A stretch of DNA of 64,000 nucleotides from an uncultured Gemmatimonadales bacterium (GTDB lineage: Bacteria > Gemmatimonadota > Gemmatimonadetes > Gemmatimonadales > Gemmatimonadaceae): contig CAWKNZ010000005.1 of assembly GCA_963851265.1 (NCBI GenBank), forward strand, positions 128,001 through 192,000, read 5' to 3'. Each line of letters begins with the position of its first letter. The first letter of the stretch is position 1. A program made the translations under genes and the position numbers. Shown here one piece after another: positions 42,426 through 56,935 of the stretch. Under the pieces are notes generated by a model. It had not been told where the DNA came from. It ran no database searches and was given only the letters and a program-made list of their open reading frames with translations.

Positions 42426-44531
42426 ATGCTCGCGCCGTTCCGCCGTCCGCTCGCCGCCCTCGTCGCTACCGCGGCCACCGCCGCCGTCGCCCACGCCCAG
42501 CCCGCCCCGGCCTGGAACGACACCGCCGCGCTCTCGCTCATCGGCCGCGCCCAACAGGTCCGCGCCCGCCAGCTCGCCGACACCGGCCTCCGCGACTACC
42601 GCGCCCTCGCCCGCGGCACCCTGACCTTCCTCGGCCAGCTCGGCGACTTCCTCCCGCCGCGCGTCGTCCAGGCCACCCAGATCGCCACCCAGGTCTACTG
42701 GCGCGCGCCCAACACCAGCGCGCAGATCGTCGTCGGCGAACGCGACACCACGGTCCTGCCCACCGACAACCAGTTCTACCGCGATCGATTCGGCATCGTC
42801 CAGAACGAGTTCCCCGACTCGATCCGACTCGGCGAGGGCCGCGACGTCGCCGACGTGCCGCACCCGCTCGCCCCCGGAGGCCCCTCCGTCTACGACTACG
42901 CGATCGCCGACTCGAGCGCGCTCCGCATCGGGCCCCGGACGGTGTGGATCGTCGAAGTCCGCACCCGCCCGAAGGACGCCACCAAGCCCCGCCTCGTCGG
43001 CTCGCTGTTCATCGACCGCGACGCCGCGCGCCTCGTTCGGCTCGCGTTCACCTTCACCCGCCCCGCCTACCTCGACCCCCGCAACGAGGACGTCTCGATC
43101 GTCCTCGAGAACGCGCTCGTCGAGGGGCGCTACTGGCTGCCTCGCCGCCAGGAGGTCGAGGTGCGGCGCGCGGGCACCTTCCTCGACTTCCCGGCGCGCG
43201 GCATCATCCGCGGCCGGTGGGACGTGAGCGACTACGCCGTGAACACGGAGATCCCGCCGCAGACGTTCACCGGCGCCCCGCTCCAGTTCCTCCCGCCAGA
43301 GCAGCGCCGCCGCTACGCGTTCCGCGAGCCCCGCGTGCTCGACGCCCTCCCGCCCGACGTCACCGTCGCGAGCGACGAGGACGTGCGCCGCGTGCGCGCC
43401 CTCGCGCAGACGCTGGTCCAGCGACGCGCGATCGAGGCCGCGCGGCGCGGCGCGCTCTCGGCCCGGTCGATCTCCGACTTCGCGCGCGTGGACCGCGCCG
43501 AAGGGCTGGCGCTCGGGGCCGGCGCGGTGGTGCGGCCCGCGCCCGGCGCGTCGCTCGCGCTGTTGGGCCGCTACGGCTTCGACGACCACCAGGCGAAAGG
43601 GCGCGCCACGCTCGGCACCACGGCCGCATCGGGCGCCGGCCTCCGACTCGAAGCCTTCCGCGACTTCCGCGAGGCCGGCGACGCGCAGGAGGTCTCGCGC
43701 GCGCGCAACTCGCTCGCCGCCCAGGAATTCGGCAGCGACTGGACCGACCCATACGACGCGCGCGGGTTCGCCGCCGCGGCTACCCTCCCGTTAGGCACCG
43801 GCGGCCTCCGCGCCACGGCGACGGCGGGCTACGAGTGGCAGCACGCGCTCTCCGTGCGCGCCCGCCCCGCGACGGGGCGTTACGAGCCCACCCTTCCCGC
43901 CGCCGCGCTGCACGAGGCGCGGTTCGGCGTCACGCTCGAGCGACCGGCCGACGACGGCCCGTTCGGCACCACGGTCCGCGGCGACGTGCGCGCCCTCGCC
44001 GCGCGCACGTCGCTCGACTGCGACGGGGGGCTCTGCACCACCTTCGGCCGCCTCGGCCTCAACCTCGGTGTCGAGCGGCCGTTCGGACGCTCCGCCCTCG
44101 GCGAGCGCCGGCTCGTGCTCGAGACCGTGGCCGCGGGCGCGGTCGGCCGCGTCCCGCCGCAGGAGTTCGCCTACTTCGGCGGACCCGTGACCGGCCCGGG
44201 CTACGACTTCCACGCCCTCGCGGGCCGCGCGGGCGCGAGCCAGCACGTCGAATGGCGCGTCCCGGTCCCGTTCCCTTCCGTCTCGTTAGGCAAGTACGGC
44301 CGCTCGCCCGCGACGCTGACGCTGGCCCCGTACGCCCACGCCGTCTACATCGCCCGCACCGGCGACGCGCCGCGACCGGCGCCGGGCGGGGCGGGGTGGT
44401 ACCCCGCGCTCGGTGCTGGCGCGATCGGCTTCTTCGACCTCGTCCGCCTCGACGTCGCGCGCGGCACGGCGCGCGGCGGGCGCTGGCTGTTCTCGGCCGA
44501 CGTCACGCGCGAGTTCTGGCGAATCCTGTAA
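42426..44531 (+). CDS. Exported/outer-membrane hypothetical protein with probable C-terminal beta-barrel
   Basis: Signal peptide (AHA-Q), Tyr/Trp/Phe-rich amphipathic segments, ends DVTREFWRIL. Confidence 0.75.
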   Translation: MLAPFRRPLAALVATAATAAVAHAQPAPAWNDTAALSLIGRAQQVRARQLADTGLRDYRALARGTLTFLGQLGDFLPPRVVQATQIATQVYWRAPNTSAQIVVGERDTTVLPTDNQFYRDRFGIVQNEFPDSIRLGEGRDVADVPHPLAPGGPSVYDYAIADSSALRIGPRTVWIVEVRTRPKDATKPRLVGSLFIDRDAARLVRLAFTFTRPAYLDPRNEDVSIVLENALVEGRYWLPRRQEVEVRRAGTFLDFPARGIIRGRWDVSDYAVNTEIPPQTFTGAPLQFLPPEQRRRYAFREPRVLDALPPDVTVASDEDVRRVRALAQTLVQRRAIEAARRGALSARSISDFARVDRAEGLALGAGAVVRPAPGASLALLGRYGFDDHQAKGRATLGTTAASGAGLRLEAFRDFREAGDAQEVSRARNSLAAQEFGSDWTDPYDARGFAAAATLPLGTGGLRATATAGYEWQHALSVRARPATGRYEPTLPAAALHEARFGVTLERPADDGPFGTTVRGDVRALAARTSLDCDGGLCTTFGRLGLNLGVERPFGRSALGERRLVLETVAAGAVGRVPPQEFAYFGGPVTGPGYDFHALAGRAGASQHVEWRVPVPFPSVSLGKYGRSPATLTLAPYAHAVYIARTGDAPRPAPGGAGWYPALGAGAIGFFDLVRLDVARGTARGGRWLFSADVTREFWRIL

Positions 44532-44610
44532 GCCCGGCCGCCGCAACGAAACGCCCCACCCCGCAACACGGCGATGCACCGCGCCGCGCGCGCGGCCGTC
44601 ACACTCCGGC

Positions 44611-45936
44611 GTGCCCGATCCGCGCCCCGCTACCATCGTCCGTGACGCCGTCCTCACGCCGCCCCCGAGTGTCACGGCGGGCCGCCCCGCGTGGAGCGGC
44701 TCGCCCGCGGCGGCGCCGGCCGACACGCCCGATGCGGTCCGTCTCCTTGACGAGCTCCTCGCCACCGCCGTCCGGCACCGCGCGAGCGACCTCCACGTCG
44801 AAGCCGGCGAGCAGGGCGCGACCGTCCGCCTCCGCGTCGACGGCGTGCTGCGCGACGGCCCCGCCGTCCCGCGCGCCCTCGCTCCGCCGCTCGCGTCCCG
44901 CCTCAAGATCCTCGCCGGCCTCGACATCGCCGACCGCCTCCGTCCGCAGGACGGCCGCGCTCGCGTCACCGTCGGCGCCCGCCCGGTGGAACTCCGCGTC
45001 TCGTCGCTCCCCAGCGTCCGCGGCGAGAACCTCGTCGTCCGCCTCAGCGACCCGTCCGCGGGCCTCGACTCCATCGAGTCGCTAGGCGTCCTCCCGAGCG
45101 ACGCCGCCCGGCTCGGCAAGCTGCTCGAGGCCCGGGAAGGGCTCATTCTCGTCACCGGGCCCACCGGCTCGGGCAAGACCACGACGCTCTACGCCGCCCT
45201 CCGCCGCATCCTCGCCCGCGGCGGTGTCAACGTCATCACCGTCGAGGACCCCGTCGAGCGCCGCCTTCCCGGCGTCGTCCAGGTCCAGATCCACGAAAAG
45301 GCCGGACTGTCGTTCGCCGCCGCCCTGCGCGCCATCCTCCGCCAGGACCCCGACGTGATTCTCGTCGGCGAGGTGCGCGACCGCGAAACCGCCGCGATCG
45401 CCGCTCAGGCCGCGATGACGGGCCACCTCGTCCTCGCCACCCTCCACACCACCGACGCCGCGAGCGCCGTCACCCGCCTCGCCGACGTCGGCGTCGAACC
45501 CTTCAAGCTCGCCGCCGCGCTGCGCGGCGTCGTCGCGCAACGCCTCGTCCGCCGCCTCTGCGCCGCCTGCCGCCGCGCGGTCCCGCCGCGCTGGCGCGAC
45601 GCGCGCCTCGCCGGCCGCGCCCCGGAAGGCGAACTCTGCTGGGACGCGGCACCCCCCGCCGCGGACCGAGCCGACCGCTGCCCGGCCTGCGACGGCGCCG
45701 GATACCGCGGCCGCGTGCCGGCGCTCGAAGTCCTGCTCGCCGACGACGCTCTCGCCCGCCTCGTCGCGGCCGGCGCCACCCACGACGCGCTCGCCACGGC
45801 CGCACGACGCGCCGGCACCCCGTCGATGTGGGACAGCGCCGTCGGCCACGTCCGTATGGGCACCACGAGTGTGGGCGAACTCCTGCGCGCAGTTGACGTC
45901 CCGTCCGACGCCCCGCCGGCCCGGAGCGTGCCCTGA
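44611..45936 (+). CDS. GspE/PilB-family secretion ATPase lacking the N-terminal domain
   Basis: ASDLHVE, RPQDGR, GPTGSGKTTTLY, TVEDPVE, LRQDPDVILVGEVRD, two CxxC, GYRGR. Confidence 0.92.
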   Translation: MPDPRPATIVRDAVLTPPPSVTAGRPAWSGSPAAAPADTPDAVRLLDELLATAVRHRASDLHVEAGEQGATVRLRVDGVLRDGPAVPRALAPPLASRLKILAGLDIADRLRPQDGRARVTVGARPVELRVSSLPSVRGENLVVRLSDPSAGLDSIESLGVLPSDAARLGKLLEAREGLILVTGPTGSGKTTTLYAALRRILARGGVNVITVEDPVERRLPGVVQVQIHEKAGLSFAAALRAILRQDPDVILVGEVRDRETAAIAAQAAMTGHLVLATLHTTDAASAVTRLADVGVEPFKLAAALRGVVAQRLVRRLCAACRRAVPPRWRDARLAGRAPEGELCWDAAPPAADRADRCPACDGAGYRGRVPALEVLLADDALARLVAAGATHDALATAARRAGTPSMWDSAVGHVRMGTTSVGELLRAVDVPSDAPPARSVP

Positions 45937-45945
45937 CGGCGGACC

Positions 45946-46437
45946 GTGAATCCTCCACCCCCCGCCGCCACCCTCCGCGTCGGCGTCGTAGACGTGTACG
46001 TCGTCTGTCCCAACCGCGCTGGATGGGATCACTGGAACGTGCTCGCCTTGCAGCGCGCCGTGGACACCCGCTGCCCACGCTCCTGGGAAACGGTCCACGG
46101 CCGCATCGAACCGGGCGAACGTCCCGAGGACGCCGCGCGCCGCGAATTGCTCGAAGAGACCGGCCTCGTCGCCACCCGCCTCTACAACGTCACCACGCAG
46201 GCCTTCTACCTCCACACGTCCGCGACGGTCGAGGTCGCGGTCGTCTTCTGCGCCTTCGTCGCCGACGCCGCGCCGCCCGCCCTCGACGCCGAACACACCA
46301 CGGCCGACTGGCTCGCGCCCGCCGACGCGCGCAACCGCTTCGCCTGGCCCCGCGAACGCGAGGCGCTCGACCACATCCGCCAACTGCTCGGCGCGGGCGA
46401 TGCGGGCCCGCTCGAAGACGTGCTCCGCGTGCAATGA
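45946..46437 (+). CDS. NUDIX hydrolase (NudB-like)
   Basis: GRIEPGERPEDAARRELLEETG Nudix box. Confidence 0.9.
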   Translation: MNPPPPAATLRVGVVDVYVVCPNRAGWDHWNVLALQRAVDTRCPRSWETVHGRIEPGERPEDAARRELLEETGLVATRLYNVTTQAFYLHTSATVEVAVVFCAFVADAAPPALDAEHTTADWLAPADARNRFAWPREREALDHIRQLLGAGDAGPLEDVLRVQ

Positions 46438-48302
46438 CCGACGTCGCCGCCAAACTCCGCCGCATCCTCGCCGCCCGCGCCCCCAGCGAATACTCGATCC
46501 TGATCGGCTTCGCCGTGGTCATCGGCACGCTCACGGCCGTGGGCGTGGCCGCCTTCTACGGCGCGATCGACCTCGCCTACGCGGCGTTCTTCCGCTGGTC
46601 GGCCCGCGCCATGCCGCGGCTCGGCTTGCTCGCTTACCGCCCGCTCGTCACGGGCGCCGGCATCGCCCTGGCCTGGTGGATCATGCGCACCATCGGCCGC
46701 GGCCACGACGGAATGAACGTCCCCGACGTCCAGCTCGCCGTCGTCCGCCGCGGCGCCGACGTCCCGACCCGCCCGGCCCTCGCGCGCACCCTCGCCTCCG
46801 CCATCACTATCGGCGCGGGCGGCTCCGCGGGGTCCGAAGGTCCCGTGGTCGTCCTCGGCGCCGCCCTCGGCTCGGCGTTGGGGCGGACGTTCCGCGCGGC
46901 ATCGTCGCGCACCACCGTCCTCGTCGCCTGCGGCGCCGGTGCGGCCATCTCGGCGGCCTTCAACGCCCCCCTCGCCGGGGCCTTCTTCGCCCTCGAGGAG
47001 ATCGTCGGCACCTTCTCGGGCACCTCGTTCGCACCGGTCGTCGTCGCGAGCGTGATCGCCGCCGTCGTCTCGCGCGCGGCGTTCGGCAACCACCCCGCAT
47101 TCCCCATCCCCGCCCAGTACACCTACGCGGGCACGGGCGACGCCCTCCTCGGCTTCCCCCTCCTCGGCCTCGCGTGCGGGTTGATGGCCGCGCTCTTCGT
47201 CCGCACCTACTTCGCCGCGGACGACGTCGCCCGCGCCCTCCGCGTCCCGCGCGCGGCCAAACCGTGGATCGGCGGCGCGCTCGTCGGCGCCCTCGTCGCC
47301 CTCTCCGGCGGCACCCTGGTCGGCTTCGGCCACCTCGCCATTCATCTCGACATGTTCGGGCGCATGACTTGGTGGGCCCTCGCCGCACTCGCGCTCGGAA
47401 AGGTCCTCGCGACCAGCGTCACCCTCAACTTCGGCGGCTCGGGCGGCGTGTTCACGCCGTCGCTCTACATCGGCGCGGCGACCGGCGGTGCGCTCGGCGT
47501 CGCCCTCACCCACCTGTTCCCGCACGCCGGCCTCCACCCCGAGACCTACGCCCTCGTCGGCATGGGCGCGATGATCGCCGGCGCCACCGACGCGCCGATC
47601 ACCGGCATCCTGCTCGTCTTCGAGATGACCAACGACTACGCGATGGTCCTGCCGCTGATGCTCGCCGTCGTCGTCTGCAGCCGCGTCTCGCGCCGCCTCG
47701 TCCCCGATTCCCTCTACAGCGGCTGGCTGCGCCGCCGCGGCGAGACGCTGGATCACGGGCAGGACCCCGACGCCCTCGGCGGCGTTCGCGTCGGCGACGT
47801 CTACGACGTCGCCCCCATCGCCGTCACCGAAGACACGCCCGTCGCCTCGCTCGTCGAACAGCTCGGACACACCGACCAGCCCGCCCTCCCCGTCGTCGAC
47901 GCAGACGGCCGCGTCACCGGCGTGATTACCCAGGGTGAACTCGCCCGCGCCGCGCGCGACTCGGCCGCATTGGGCGGCCTCGTCATCGCCGCCGACCTCG
48001 CCCGCCCGAGCGAGACCGTCGCGGCCGACGATTCCCTGCTCCTCGCCGTGCGACGGCTCGGCGTGCGTGGGGCTGCGGCCCTCCCGGTCGTGGACCCCGC
48101 GTCAGGCCGACTCGCCGGACTCCTCACCCGCGCCCACGTCCTGGCCGCCTACGAACGCGCGGTCACCGCCGGCACCCCCGATTCCCACGGCGCCGCCCCC
48201 CGCCGCCCCGAGGCCGACGACGACACCGACGGGGACGAGCCGCCGCTCACGGCAGCCCCGTCGTCAGCGTCAGCCGAACGAACCGCGGCGCCCCGGACAT
48301 GA
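46434..48302 (+). CDS. ClC chloride channel/transporter with CBS pair
   Basis: GSAGSEGP, AFNAPLAG..FALEEI, GGVFTPSL, FEMT, then CBS domains. Confidence 0.93.
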   Translation: MTDVAAKLRRILAARAPSEYSILIGFAVVIGTLTAVGVAAFYGAIDLAYAAFFRWSARAMPRLGLLAYRPLVTGAGIALAWWIMRTIGRGHDGMNVPDVQLAVVRRGADVPTRPALARTLASAITIGAGGSAGSEGPVVVLGAALGSALGRTFRAASSRTTVLVACGAGAAISAAFNAPLAGAFFALEEIVGTFSGTSFAPVVVASVIAAVVSRAAFGNHPAFPIPAQYTYAGTGDALLGFPLLGLACGLMAALFVRTYFAADDVARALRVPRAAKPWIGGALVGALVALSGGTLVGFGHLAIHLDMFGRMTWWALAALALGKVLATSVTLNFGGSGGVFTPSLYIGAATGGALGVALTHLFPHAGLHPETYALVGMGAMIAGATDAPITGILLVFEMTNDYAMVLPLMLAVVVCSRVSRRLVPDSLYSGWLRRRGETLDHGQDPDALGGVRVGDVYDVAPIAVTEDTPVASLVEQLGHTDQPALPVVDADGRVTGVITQGELARAARDSAALGGLVIAADLARPSETVAADDSLLLAVRRLGVRGAAALPVVDPASGRLAGLLTRAHVLAAYERAVTAGTPDSHGAAPRRPEADDDTDGDEPPLTAAPSSASAERTAAPRT

Positions 48303-48627
48303 TGTTGTCGTTCCCCTGCGACGTGGCGTAGTACCGCGTGTCGGTCTTGGTCGCCGAGCCCGTGCGGAGCACGGCGTATCCGCGGGCCCGTGTTCGCGTG
48401 CCCGTGACCGTCACGCCCTCGAGTCGGCATGGATTCGGGGGGCGTTGGCGTCCCGCACTGTCGGACCGGGTGCCCGGCGCAGCGGGCGGCTGTTGGCAGC
48501 ATACCGCCGGGGCCGTCGACGCCTGGCCAGCGGCGGCCGCCGGATGGAGCGCGTGGATCGCGGCCGCGACGACCACGGCGGCGAGAGGCGAGGGAGGAGC
48601 AGGGTGCGCGCGAGGTGCGTTCGGCAT
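48247..48627 (-). pseudogene. Internally deleted TonB-dependent siderophore receptor remnant
   Basis: Signal-like N-terminus, LEGVTVTG..GYA..TGSATKTD fused directly to the barrel C-terminus TRYYATSQGNDNIMSGAPRFVRLTL. Confidence 0.75.
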
Positions 48628-48752
48628 GGCTCGGAGCGCCCGGGTACACGCGCGGTACGCCGGGCCGATTGACAGATCGCGCGCGGAACTCGCTCCCGCG
48701 CGCGAAGCCGGACGTACTAGTCGGGATTGATCCCGACGAGTCTATACGGGAT

Positions 48753-49462
48753 TCAGAGTGCCTCGTCGGGGCCGTCCCGATCGCCGGTCTGCTCCGGCGC
48801 TGCGCCGTCGCCGCCGAGTTCGCGCCAGGGCGGCGCGGCGATCAACTGCACCACGGCTTCGGCCAACTCGTCGCGCCCGAGCCCGGTTTCGGCCGAGAAG
48901 GGTAGGCACTGCTCGGTGTCCAGCCCCACCTGCGAGGCGATCGCCGCGATGCGTCCGGCGATCTGCGAGCGCGGCAGCTTGTCCGTCTTCGTCAGCACGA
49001 TCAGCGTCGGCACGCCCACGTCGGCCAGAAAGTCGAGCACCTGGTGATCGTCGGGCGTCGGGTCGTGGCGCGAATCGAGGAGTTGCACCACGCCGGCGAG
49101 CGGCGCGCTCGTCCGCAGGTAGCCCTCGATCAGCGGGCGCCACTCGGCCTGCCGCGTCTTCGAAATCTTCGCGTAGCCATACCCCGGCAGGTCGACGAGG
49201 GTGAACTGGTCGTTGACCTGGAAGAAGTGGATCTCGCGCGTGCGCCCCGGCGTGTGGCTGACGCGTGCGAGCTTCTTCCGACGCGTAAGGCGGTTGATCA
49301 GCGACGACTTGCCCACGTTCGACCGGCCACTGAACGCGACTTCCGGCAGGCGCGCTTCGGGCCGCCATCCGCCCGCGCTCGCCATCGGGCCGAGGTAGTC
49401 GATGCGTTTGATGACGAGCGGGTCGACCCGGCGCGCCGGCGGATCCGTGTCCTGTGGCTCCG

Positions 49463-49466
<4 letters not shown>
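48753..49466 (-). CDS. engB: Ribosome biogenesis GTPase YihA/YsxC
   Basis: [29 protein letters not shown]. Confidence 0.95.
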
Positions 49467-52180
<2,714 letters not shown>

Positions 52181-52381
52181 CGCCGCAACCTAATCAGACC
52201 CGGACCCGGACTCGGACCAGAGCCGGCCGTGATCGGCCAGGCGGGGGATTGCCGGGGTGATCGCTTGCTGCTCGCCCGGCGATGGGGCAACGAACGTGCG
52301 ACGGGCGGCTTGCCGTGAACACTCCATCCCCCGACCGGCGGCGACCGGTCGGACGTGGCCGCCGGTCGCCGCCCCGTTCCG

Positions 52382-53662
<1,281 letters not shown>

Positions 53663-53798
53663 ACCGAAGGGGGCGTCGGAGGCGGGCCCGGGCGCGACTC
53701 TAGAGAGAGCCGCTGGTGACAAGCAACAGTCTCGTCCAGAGGGACGCAAGCAGCATGCGGACATCGCCCGCGGCCGCGACGGCCGGGGTCAAATGCAA

Positions 53799-53828
53799 GC
53801 GCGGCCGACTCTTGCGAGCCGGCCGCGC
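53799..53828 (-). terminator. Hairpin with GCAA tetraloop after clpP
   Basis: Minus strand GCGCGGCCGGCTC-GCAA-GAGTCGGCCGCGC followed by TTGCATTT. Confidence 0.6.
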
Positions 53829-53848
53829 CACGGTGCCGGTCGGGCCTG

Positions 53849-54478
53849 TCAGGCCGTGACCGACTCCTGCTTCGTCTCGGCCACGAGCTCGCCGCGGTGC
53901 TCCACCACGAGGTCGATCAGGCCGTAGGCCTTGGCCTCCTCGGCGCTCATGTACCGGTCGCGGTCGAAGTCGCGCTCGATCCGCTCCAGCGGCTGGCCCG
54001 TGTGCTTGGCCATCAATTCGTTCATCTTGCTGCGCAGGTACAGGATCTCGCGCGCCTGGATCTCGATGTCGGCCGCGGTGCCCTGCGAGCCGCCCGACGG
54101 CTGGTGCATCATGATCCGCGCGTGCGGCAGCGCCGAGCGCTTGCCCTTACGGCCGCCGGCCAGCAGGAAACAGCCCATCGAGGCCGCGAACCCCATGCAC
54201 AGCGTGTTCACCGGCGACGACATCGACTGCATCGTGTCGTAGATGGCGAGCCCCGCGCTCACCGACCCGCCCGGCGAGTTGATGTACAGGTTGACGTCCT
54301 TGCCCGGGTTGTCGCTCTCGAGGAAGAGCAACTGCGAGATCACCACGTTCGCCACGTCGTCGTTGATCGGCGTGCCGAGGAAGATGATGCGGTCCATGAG
54401 GAGCCGCGAGAAGATGTCGTACGTCCGCTCGCCGCGGCTCGAACGCTCGATGATGTACGGCGTGTAGATCGTGGGCAT
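53849..54478 (-). CDS. clpP: ATP-dependent Clp protease proteolytic subunit
   Basis: [31 protein letters not shown]; alternative start at 54550. Confidence 0.97.
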   Translation of the reverse strand: MPTIYTPYIIERSSRGERTYDIFSRLLMDRIIFLGTPINDDVANVVISQLLFLESDNPGKDVNLYINSPGGSVSAGLAIYDTMQSMSSPVNTLCMGFAASMGCFLLAGGRKGKRSALPHARIMMHQPSGGSQGTAADIEIQAREILYLRSKMNELMAKHTGQPLERIERDFDRDRYMSAEEAKAYGLIDLVVEHRGELVAETKQESVTA

Positions 54479-54626
54479 GGGCTCGTCGTCCTGGTCCGCC
54501 GCGGACTGCGGCGCGTGGTGCGGGAAGGAATACGGGTGAACGATCGACATCGGGGCCTCCCGGGCGCAATCGGCCGAACGGGCGAGGTGCGGTGCGACGC
54601 CGAAAGCTACGTCGCGTCCAGAAAGC

Positions 54627-54663
54627 ATGGACCCCGCGGTTGACGGCCAACCGCGGGGTCCAT
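54627..54663 (-). terminator. 16-bp perfect hairpin after tig
   Basis: ATGGACCCCGCGGTTG-acggc-CAACCGCGGGGTCCAT. Confidence 0.65.
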
Positions 54664-54685
54664 CCGACCCTACGTCCGAAGAGTG

Positions 54686-56113
54686 TTACTCCGCGACCCC
54701 GCCCTCGGGTCCGGCCGTCTCCGCGGCGGCGTCCTCGACGGTCACCGCCGCACCCGGGGGCGCACCGGCCGTCGCCTCGTCCGCGCCCGGCGTCGACCCG
54801 GCCGCGGTCGACGCGCCCGCGTCCGCGGACTCGCCCGACCCCTGCCGCACGGTGTTGCGCGCCATGAGCCACTCGAACACGCGCCGCTCGGTGATCGCGT
54901 GCTCGATCTCGTTCAGCCGGTTGGCCTTCTGCATCGACGCGTACAGCTGACCGGGTTCCTGCCCGCGCGACCGCGCGAGCGTCTCGATCTCGCCGTCGAC
55001 GTCGGCGGCGCTCGCCGTGAGGTTGTGCGTCTTGGCCAGCATGTCGACCACGAAGTCGCGCCGCACCTGACGCTCCGCGAGGGGCCGGAACTGCTGCGCG
55101 AACTGCGCGCGGTCCGCCTCGGGAATCTGATACGCGTTGGCGTACCCGTCGGCGAGGTTCGCCACCCACGACGGCGGCACGTCGAACGGGTTCGCCTCGA
55201 TGATCTGGTCGAGCAGCTTGGTGCGCACCTCGGCGTCGGTCTCGCGTGCCAGCTGCGTGGCGAGGTCGCCCCGCACCGCGGTCGTGAGCGCCTCGAGCGA
55301 GTCGAAATCGCCGACCTCGCGCGCGAACGCGTCGTCGAGCGCGGGGGGCTGCTTGCGCTTGACCTCCTTCACGTGCACGCGGACGAGCTTCGACTTGCCC
55401 CGCTCCGACTCGACCGGGAAGTCCTCCGGCCACGTGACCATGTCCTCGGTCGTCTGCCCGGGCGCCGTGCGCAGGATGAGCGCCTCGACCGCGGGGATCG
55501 CCTGCCCCTGCCCGACGACCACGTCGAACTGCTGCGGCGTGCTCATCTCGGGCGCCTCGGTCTCGCCCTCCGCGTTCGGCGCCGGATCGTTCTCCTGCAC
55601 CGAGAGGTCGAGCGTCACGCGGTCACCGGCGGTCGGCGACTCTTCCACGGGCACCCAGGCCGCGCGCTGGTCGCGCATCTGATCGAGCTGCTGCGTGACC
55701 GCCTCGTCCGTCACCGTCGTCGACCCGCGTTCGACCTCGAAGCCCTCCACGCGGTCGAGCGTCACCTCGGGACGCACCTCCACGTGGAACGTGAAGGTGA
55801 GCGGCGTGCCCGGCTCGAACTTCAGGTCGTGGATGTGCGGCTGCGTGACGAAGTCGAGCTTCTCCTGCTCGACGAGCTGCTGATACGCGTCCTGCACGAG
55901 CCCCTGCAGCGTCTCCTGGCGGATCTCGTTCGCGAAGCGCTTGCGCACGAGCCCCGCGGGCGCCTTCCCGGGACGGAAGCCGGGCAGCCGCGCCTGCGAG
56001 GTATAGCGGCGCGCGGTCTTGTCCTCGGCCGCGGCGACGGCCTCGGGCGGGATCGACACGTCGAGGTGGCGCTCGACGCCGGTCGACTCCTTGGCGGTGA
56101 TCTGAATATCCAT
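54686..56113 (-). CDS. tig: Trigger factor
   Basis: LPGFRPGKAP signature, FKBP-like middle domain; upstream of clpP-clpX. Confidence 0.95.
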   Translation of the reverse strand: MDIQITAKESTGVERHLDVSIPPEAVAAAEDKTARRYTSQARLPGFRPGKAPAGLVRKRFANEIRQETLQGLVQDAYQQLVEQEKLDFVTQPHIHDLKFEPGTPLTFTFHVEVRPEVTLDRVEGFEVERGSTTVTDEAVTQQLDQMRDQRAAWVPVEESPTAGDRVTLDLSVQENDPAPNAEGETEAPEMSTPQQFDVVVGQGQAIPAVEALILRTAPGQTTEDMVTWPEDFPVESERGKSKLVRVHVKEVKRKQPPALDDAFAREVGDFDSLEALTTAVRGDLATQLARETDAEVRTKLLDQIIEANPFDVPPSWVANLADGYANAYQIPEADRAQFAQQFRPLAERQVRRDFVVDMLAKTHNLTASAADVDGEIETLARSRGQEPGQLYASMQKANRLNEIEHAITERRVFEWLMARNTVRQGSGESADAGASTAAGSTPGADEATAGAPPGAAVTVEDAAAETAGPEGGVAE

Positions 56114-56200
56114 GCTGACGGGAGAGCTCGAAGGTGCAGGAGGGCGCGACCGTGGCCGCGCCCTGCGAAGGTTCCGGAAGCCGGGCCTGGGAAACTCGCC

Positions 56201-56229
56201 AAGCTAACCCCCCCGCGTCGGGGGGTGAA
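56201..56229 (-). promoter_or_regulatory. Putative sigma70 promoter of tig
   Basis: Minus strand TTCACC (56229-56224)-N17-TAGCTT (56206-56201). Confidence 0.45.
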
Positions 56230-56298
56230 GCGAAACGGCCCGGGATTTGACGGGCGCCCGCGTGGGTCGCGGCGTCGAGGTCTGCCGCGGCCGGCTCT

Positions 56299-56919
56299 GT
56301 GACGCCCGTGCCTATACCCGTGACCTCACTTCCGCGTTCACCGGCGCATCCCACGCGCTCCTCGCGCCTCGCGTCCGCGGCCTGCTGCGCCGCGACACTC
56401 GCCGTGCTGCCCGCCATGGCCGCGCGCGTCGCGCGCGCCCAGGCCGCCCCCCCGCGCAGCCCGCCCGTCGACCAGACGCTCTCCGCGACGCCGCTCTTCA
56501 TCCCGCTCGGCAGCTTTTCGGCCGACTACGAACGCGCGGCGGGCGTGCGTGGGCTCACGGTCGGGGTCGCGGGCACGTACAACGCCACGACCCAGCTCTA
56601 CCCGCGTCGCGACCGCTGGCTCACGGGTCGCGTGATGTACTACCCCGCCGGCGTCGCGCTCGACGGATTCGGCGTGGGGGTCACCGCCGGCGCGCACCGC
56701 GCCGAACGGAAGTACCGCGAGGACCCGGCGGTCCTCGCCCACGACGGCGGCGCGACGCTCGGCGCGATCGCCACGTACAACTACTTCTTCGGTCCGCGTC
56801 GACGCCTGTTCTTCGGTCCGGGCGTCGGCGTGGAGCGCGTAGTGAAGAGCGTCGCGGCCAACTCGCCGCTCAGTCCGACCTACTACGAGGTGCGCGCGGC
56901 GATCGGCATCGCCTTCTGA
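56299..56919 (+). CDS. Small outer-membrane beta-barrel-like hypothetical protein
   Basis: Signal peptide, alternating strands, C-terminal AIGIAF. Confidence 0.7.
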   Translation: MTPVPIPVTSLPRSPAHPTRSSRLASAACCAATLAVLPAMAARVARAQAAPPRSPPVDQTLSATPLFIPLGSFSADYERAAGVRGLTVGVAGTYNATTQLYPRRDRWLTGRVMYYPAGVALDGFGVGVTAGAHRAERKYREDPAVLAHDGGATLGAIATYNYFFGPRRRLFFGPGVGVERVVKSVAANSPLSPTYYEVRAAIGIAF

Positions 56920-56935
56920 GCCGCGCCGCTGCGTG

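Noticed and set aside
52196..52375. GACCCG-like hexamer run and GC hairpin between clpX and lon as an ncRNA
   Set aside because: Short and degenerate; adequately explained as a terminator-like hairpin plus low-complexity sequence.
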